DNA of 40,222 nucleotides from a virus: UHGV virus genome UHGV-0123874; one strand, 5' to 3'. Shown piece by piece: positions 38,880 to 40,222 of this stretch (position 1 is its first letter; each line of letters starts with the position of its first letter). The notes under the pieces were generated by a model. It saw only the letters and a program-made list of their open reading frames with translations, ran no database searches and was not told where the DNA came from. The position numbers and the translations under genes were made by a program.

Positions 38880-39680
38880 ATGACCATCCACTTTCACGGC
38901 AGCCCAATATGGGGTGATGAGCATGCCCCTACAGATATGCTGATTAAAGCCCTTTACCGTGATGGTGGGGCTTTTGTTTCATTTGCCAGACCAGAGCAGA
39001 TGAAAAAGATTGCCATGTTCCCTTGTGATATACGCCTTGATAACGGCGCTTTTAGCGACTGGATGAAAGCATTAAAGAAAGGCACTCCGGTAGACTGGAG
39101 TAAGAGACGAGCAAAATTCTACGACTTTGTTGGGAAGTGGTTCAGCAGAATTGAATGGTTTCTTATACCTGACGTTATCGAAGGGACAGAGGCAGAAAAC
39201 GACGAGCAGATTGAGTTGGTTCCTGATTGGCTAAAATCAAAAGCGGTTCCGGTCTGGCATACCGACGAATCAATTGAACGTCTTTTACGCCTTTCTGGCA
39301 AATTTGAATGGGTGGCGATTGGATGCTGCGGCCCACACAGGCACATACGCTCTAAATGGTGGGAACAGAGAATGGATGAAGTTTTCACTGAGCTTTATAT
39401 CAATCGTAATTTGAAAGTGAAAATTCATGGTCTTCGAATGCTCGACGTGAGAGTTCTTGGTATGTATCCGTTCGCCAGTGCGGATTCTACTAATGTTGCT
39501 GTTAACGTACCGAAGACAGAGAAGCGATTTCCTGAGATTACCGACAAACTGGCACGTACAGCTGTACTTCGCGCAGCTATTGAAAAGGTGTACCCACCAT
39601 CGATATCAGCATGGGTAGACAGAAAGATGAGAGAGCCGGCGCAAGCCGGTTTTTTATTTGAATTCACCGACGCCGCTTAA
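38880..39680 (+). CDS. Hypothetical protein (266 aa), function unknown
   Basis: Track ORF with GGGGATAAT upstream; Trp- and Cys-containing (WVAIGCCGPHRH); no assignable family. Confidence 0.55.
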   Translation: MTIHFHGSPIWGDEHAPTDMLIKALYRDGGAFVSFARPEQMKKIAMFPCDIRLDNGAFSDWMKALKKGTPVDWSKRRAKFYDFVGKWFSRIEWFLIPDVIEGTEAENDEQIELVPDWLKSKAVPVWHTDESIERLLRLSGKFEWVAIGCCGPHRHIRSKWWEQRMDEVFTELYINRNLKVKIHGLRMLDVRVLGMYPFASADSTNVAVNVPKTEKRFPEITDKLARTAVLRAAIEKVYPPSISAWVDRKMREPAQAGFLFEFTDAA

Positions 39681-39737
39681 TGCGGATTTCTTTTATCTGA
39701 ACTCGCTACGGCGGGTTTTGTTTTATGGAGACAAGAA

Positions 39738-40082
39738 ATGTCTGATTTGGCTATGAAGATTTTGAAATGGCAATCGACTGGCGATGTCGGCATCAGTAGC
39801 GCAACTCTTGCCTCAATCGCATGTGGACCGAAAAAGAATATCTATGGTCATCACTTCGGCGCTCCACATGACGCAGCAGACTTCCGGCGATGCGTTGCAC
39901 TTGTTGAGCAGATCCCAGAAATCAGAGATTCATTCGACAAGGTTGCAAAGCGCGTTCCGGCATTCAAAGGAATCCTCAACGAATGGGATTCCCTTGCTGC
40001 TCTGTTGAAGTCTGAAATGAAGATATACGGAAACAAAGCACCAGAGACTTACAGAAGAATCAGCGAGCTACGCAAGGACTAA
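39738..40082 (+). CDS. Hypothetical protein (114 aa)
   Basis: Track ORF with GGAGACAAGAA upstream. Confidence 0.5.
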   Translation: MSDLAMKILKWQSTGDVGISSATLASIACGPKKNIYGHHFGAPHDAADFRRCVALVEQIPEIRDSFDKVAKRVPAFKGILNEWDSLAALLKSEMKIYGNKAPETYRRISELRKD

Positions 40083-40199
40083 CTATGGAATCACACCGCC
40101 TCACACTCGATGAGGCCTGTTCATTGCTCAATGATATCCAGACCTACCATCGCCGCATCAATGCGGCTTTTTCTTGCGTGTAATTGCGGAGACTTTGCG

Positions 40200-40222
40200 A
40201 TGTACTTGACACTTCAGGAGTG
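40200..40222 (+). CDS. xis: Excisionase Xis, 5' fragment (gene runs off the window)
   Basis: ATG followed by TACTTGACACTTCAGGAGTG encodes MYLTLQE(W), the lambda Xis N-terminus; implies int just beyond the window. Confidence 0.55.

Larger units (their letters stand above)
1..40222. mobile_element. Lambdoid prophage with P22/Sf6-like structural module; continues past the 3' end (integrase not in window), left boundary not determined
   Basis: Contiguous phage modules in canonical order: tailspike, ejection proteins, needle, coat, scaffold, portal, terminase, lysis, Q, nin, replication, cII/cro/cI, N, erf, xis. No att site could be identified from sequence alone. Confidence 0.9.

Noticed and set aside
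38880..39680. Calling the 266-aa protein a TGT/DpdA-like 7-deazaguanine DNA-modification enzyme
   Set aside because: I could not identify the catalytic Asp residues or the CxCxxC...H zinc site of TGT-family enzymes from the sequence; left as hypothetical.
1..40222. CRISPR arrays, rRNA genes, integrase, IS elements
   Set aside because: No regularly spaced direct repeats, no rRNA-like sequence and no transposase-like ORF were seen; the integrase is expected just beyond the 3' end, after xis.

Overview
The window is almost entirely one lambdoid prophage with a P22/Sf6-type structural module, and its integrase end lies beyond the 3' edge (only the first codons of a lambda-like xis are present at 40200..40222). 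On the minus strand, from high to low coordinate, run the early-right and late genes: cro, nutR, cII (with the antisense oop RNA), an O-like initiator with internal iterons, a primase-helicase, the nin region (ninB, ninE, a C5-cytosine methyltransferase, ninF, ninG, ninH, a lambda-type phosphatase), Q, a pinholin / SAR-endolysin / Rz-Rz1 lysis cassette, a Rha-family gene, terminase small and large subunits, portal, scaffold, coat, gp4/gp10/gp26/gp14-like head-completion and needle genes, gp7/gp20/gp16 ejection proteins, and a P22-type tailspike. On the plus strand are the cI-type repressor, a P22-type nutL and N, an early-left operon including erf and an SSB-like gene, and an Mnt-like repressor that faces an arc / antirepressor operon. 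The best candidates for undescribed systems are accessory islands: a self-contained two-gene cassette just downstream of the repressor (the slot lambda uses for rexAB), two exported proteins downstream of mnt in the sieA slot, an immI variant with an extra Cys-rich gene, a convergent overlapping gene inside the early-left operon, and a TPR-protein cargo gene beyond the tailspike. All calls rest on manual reading of the ORF track and sequence; no database search was run. My base-level reading disagreed with the ORF track by one nucleotide near 25260, so coordinates of features not in the track may be off by about 1 bp.
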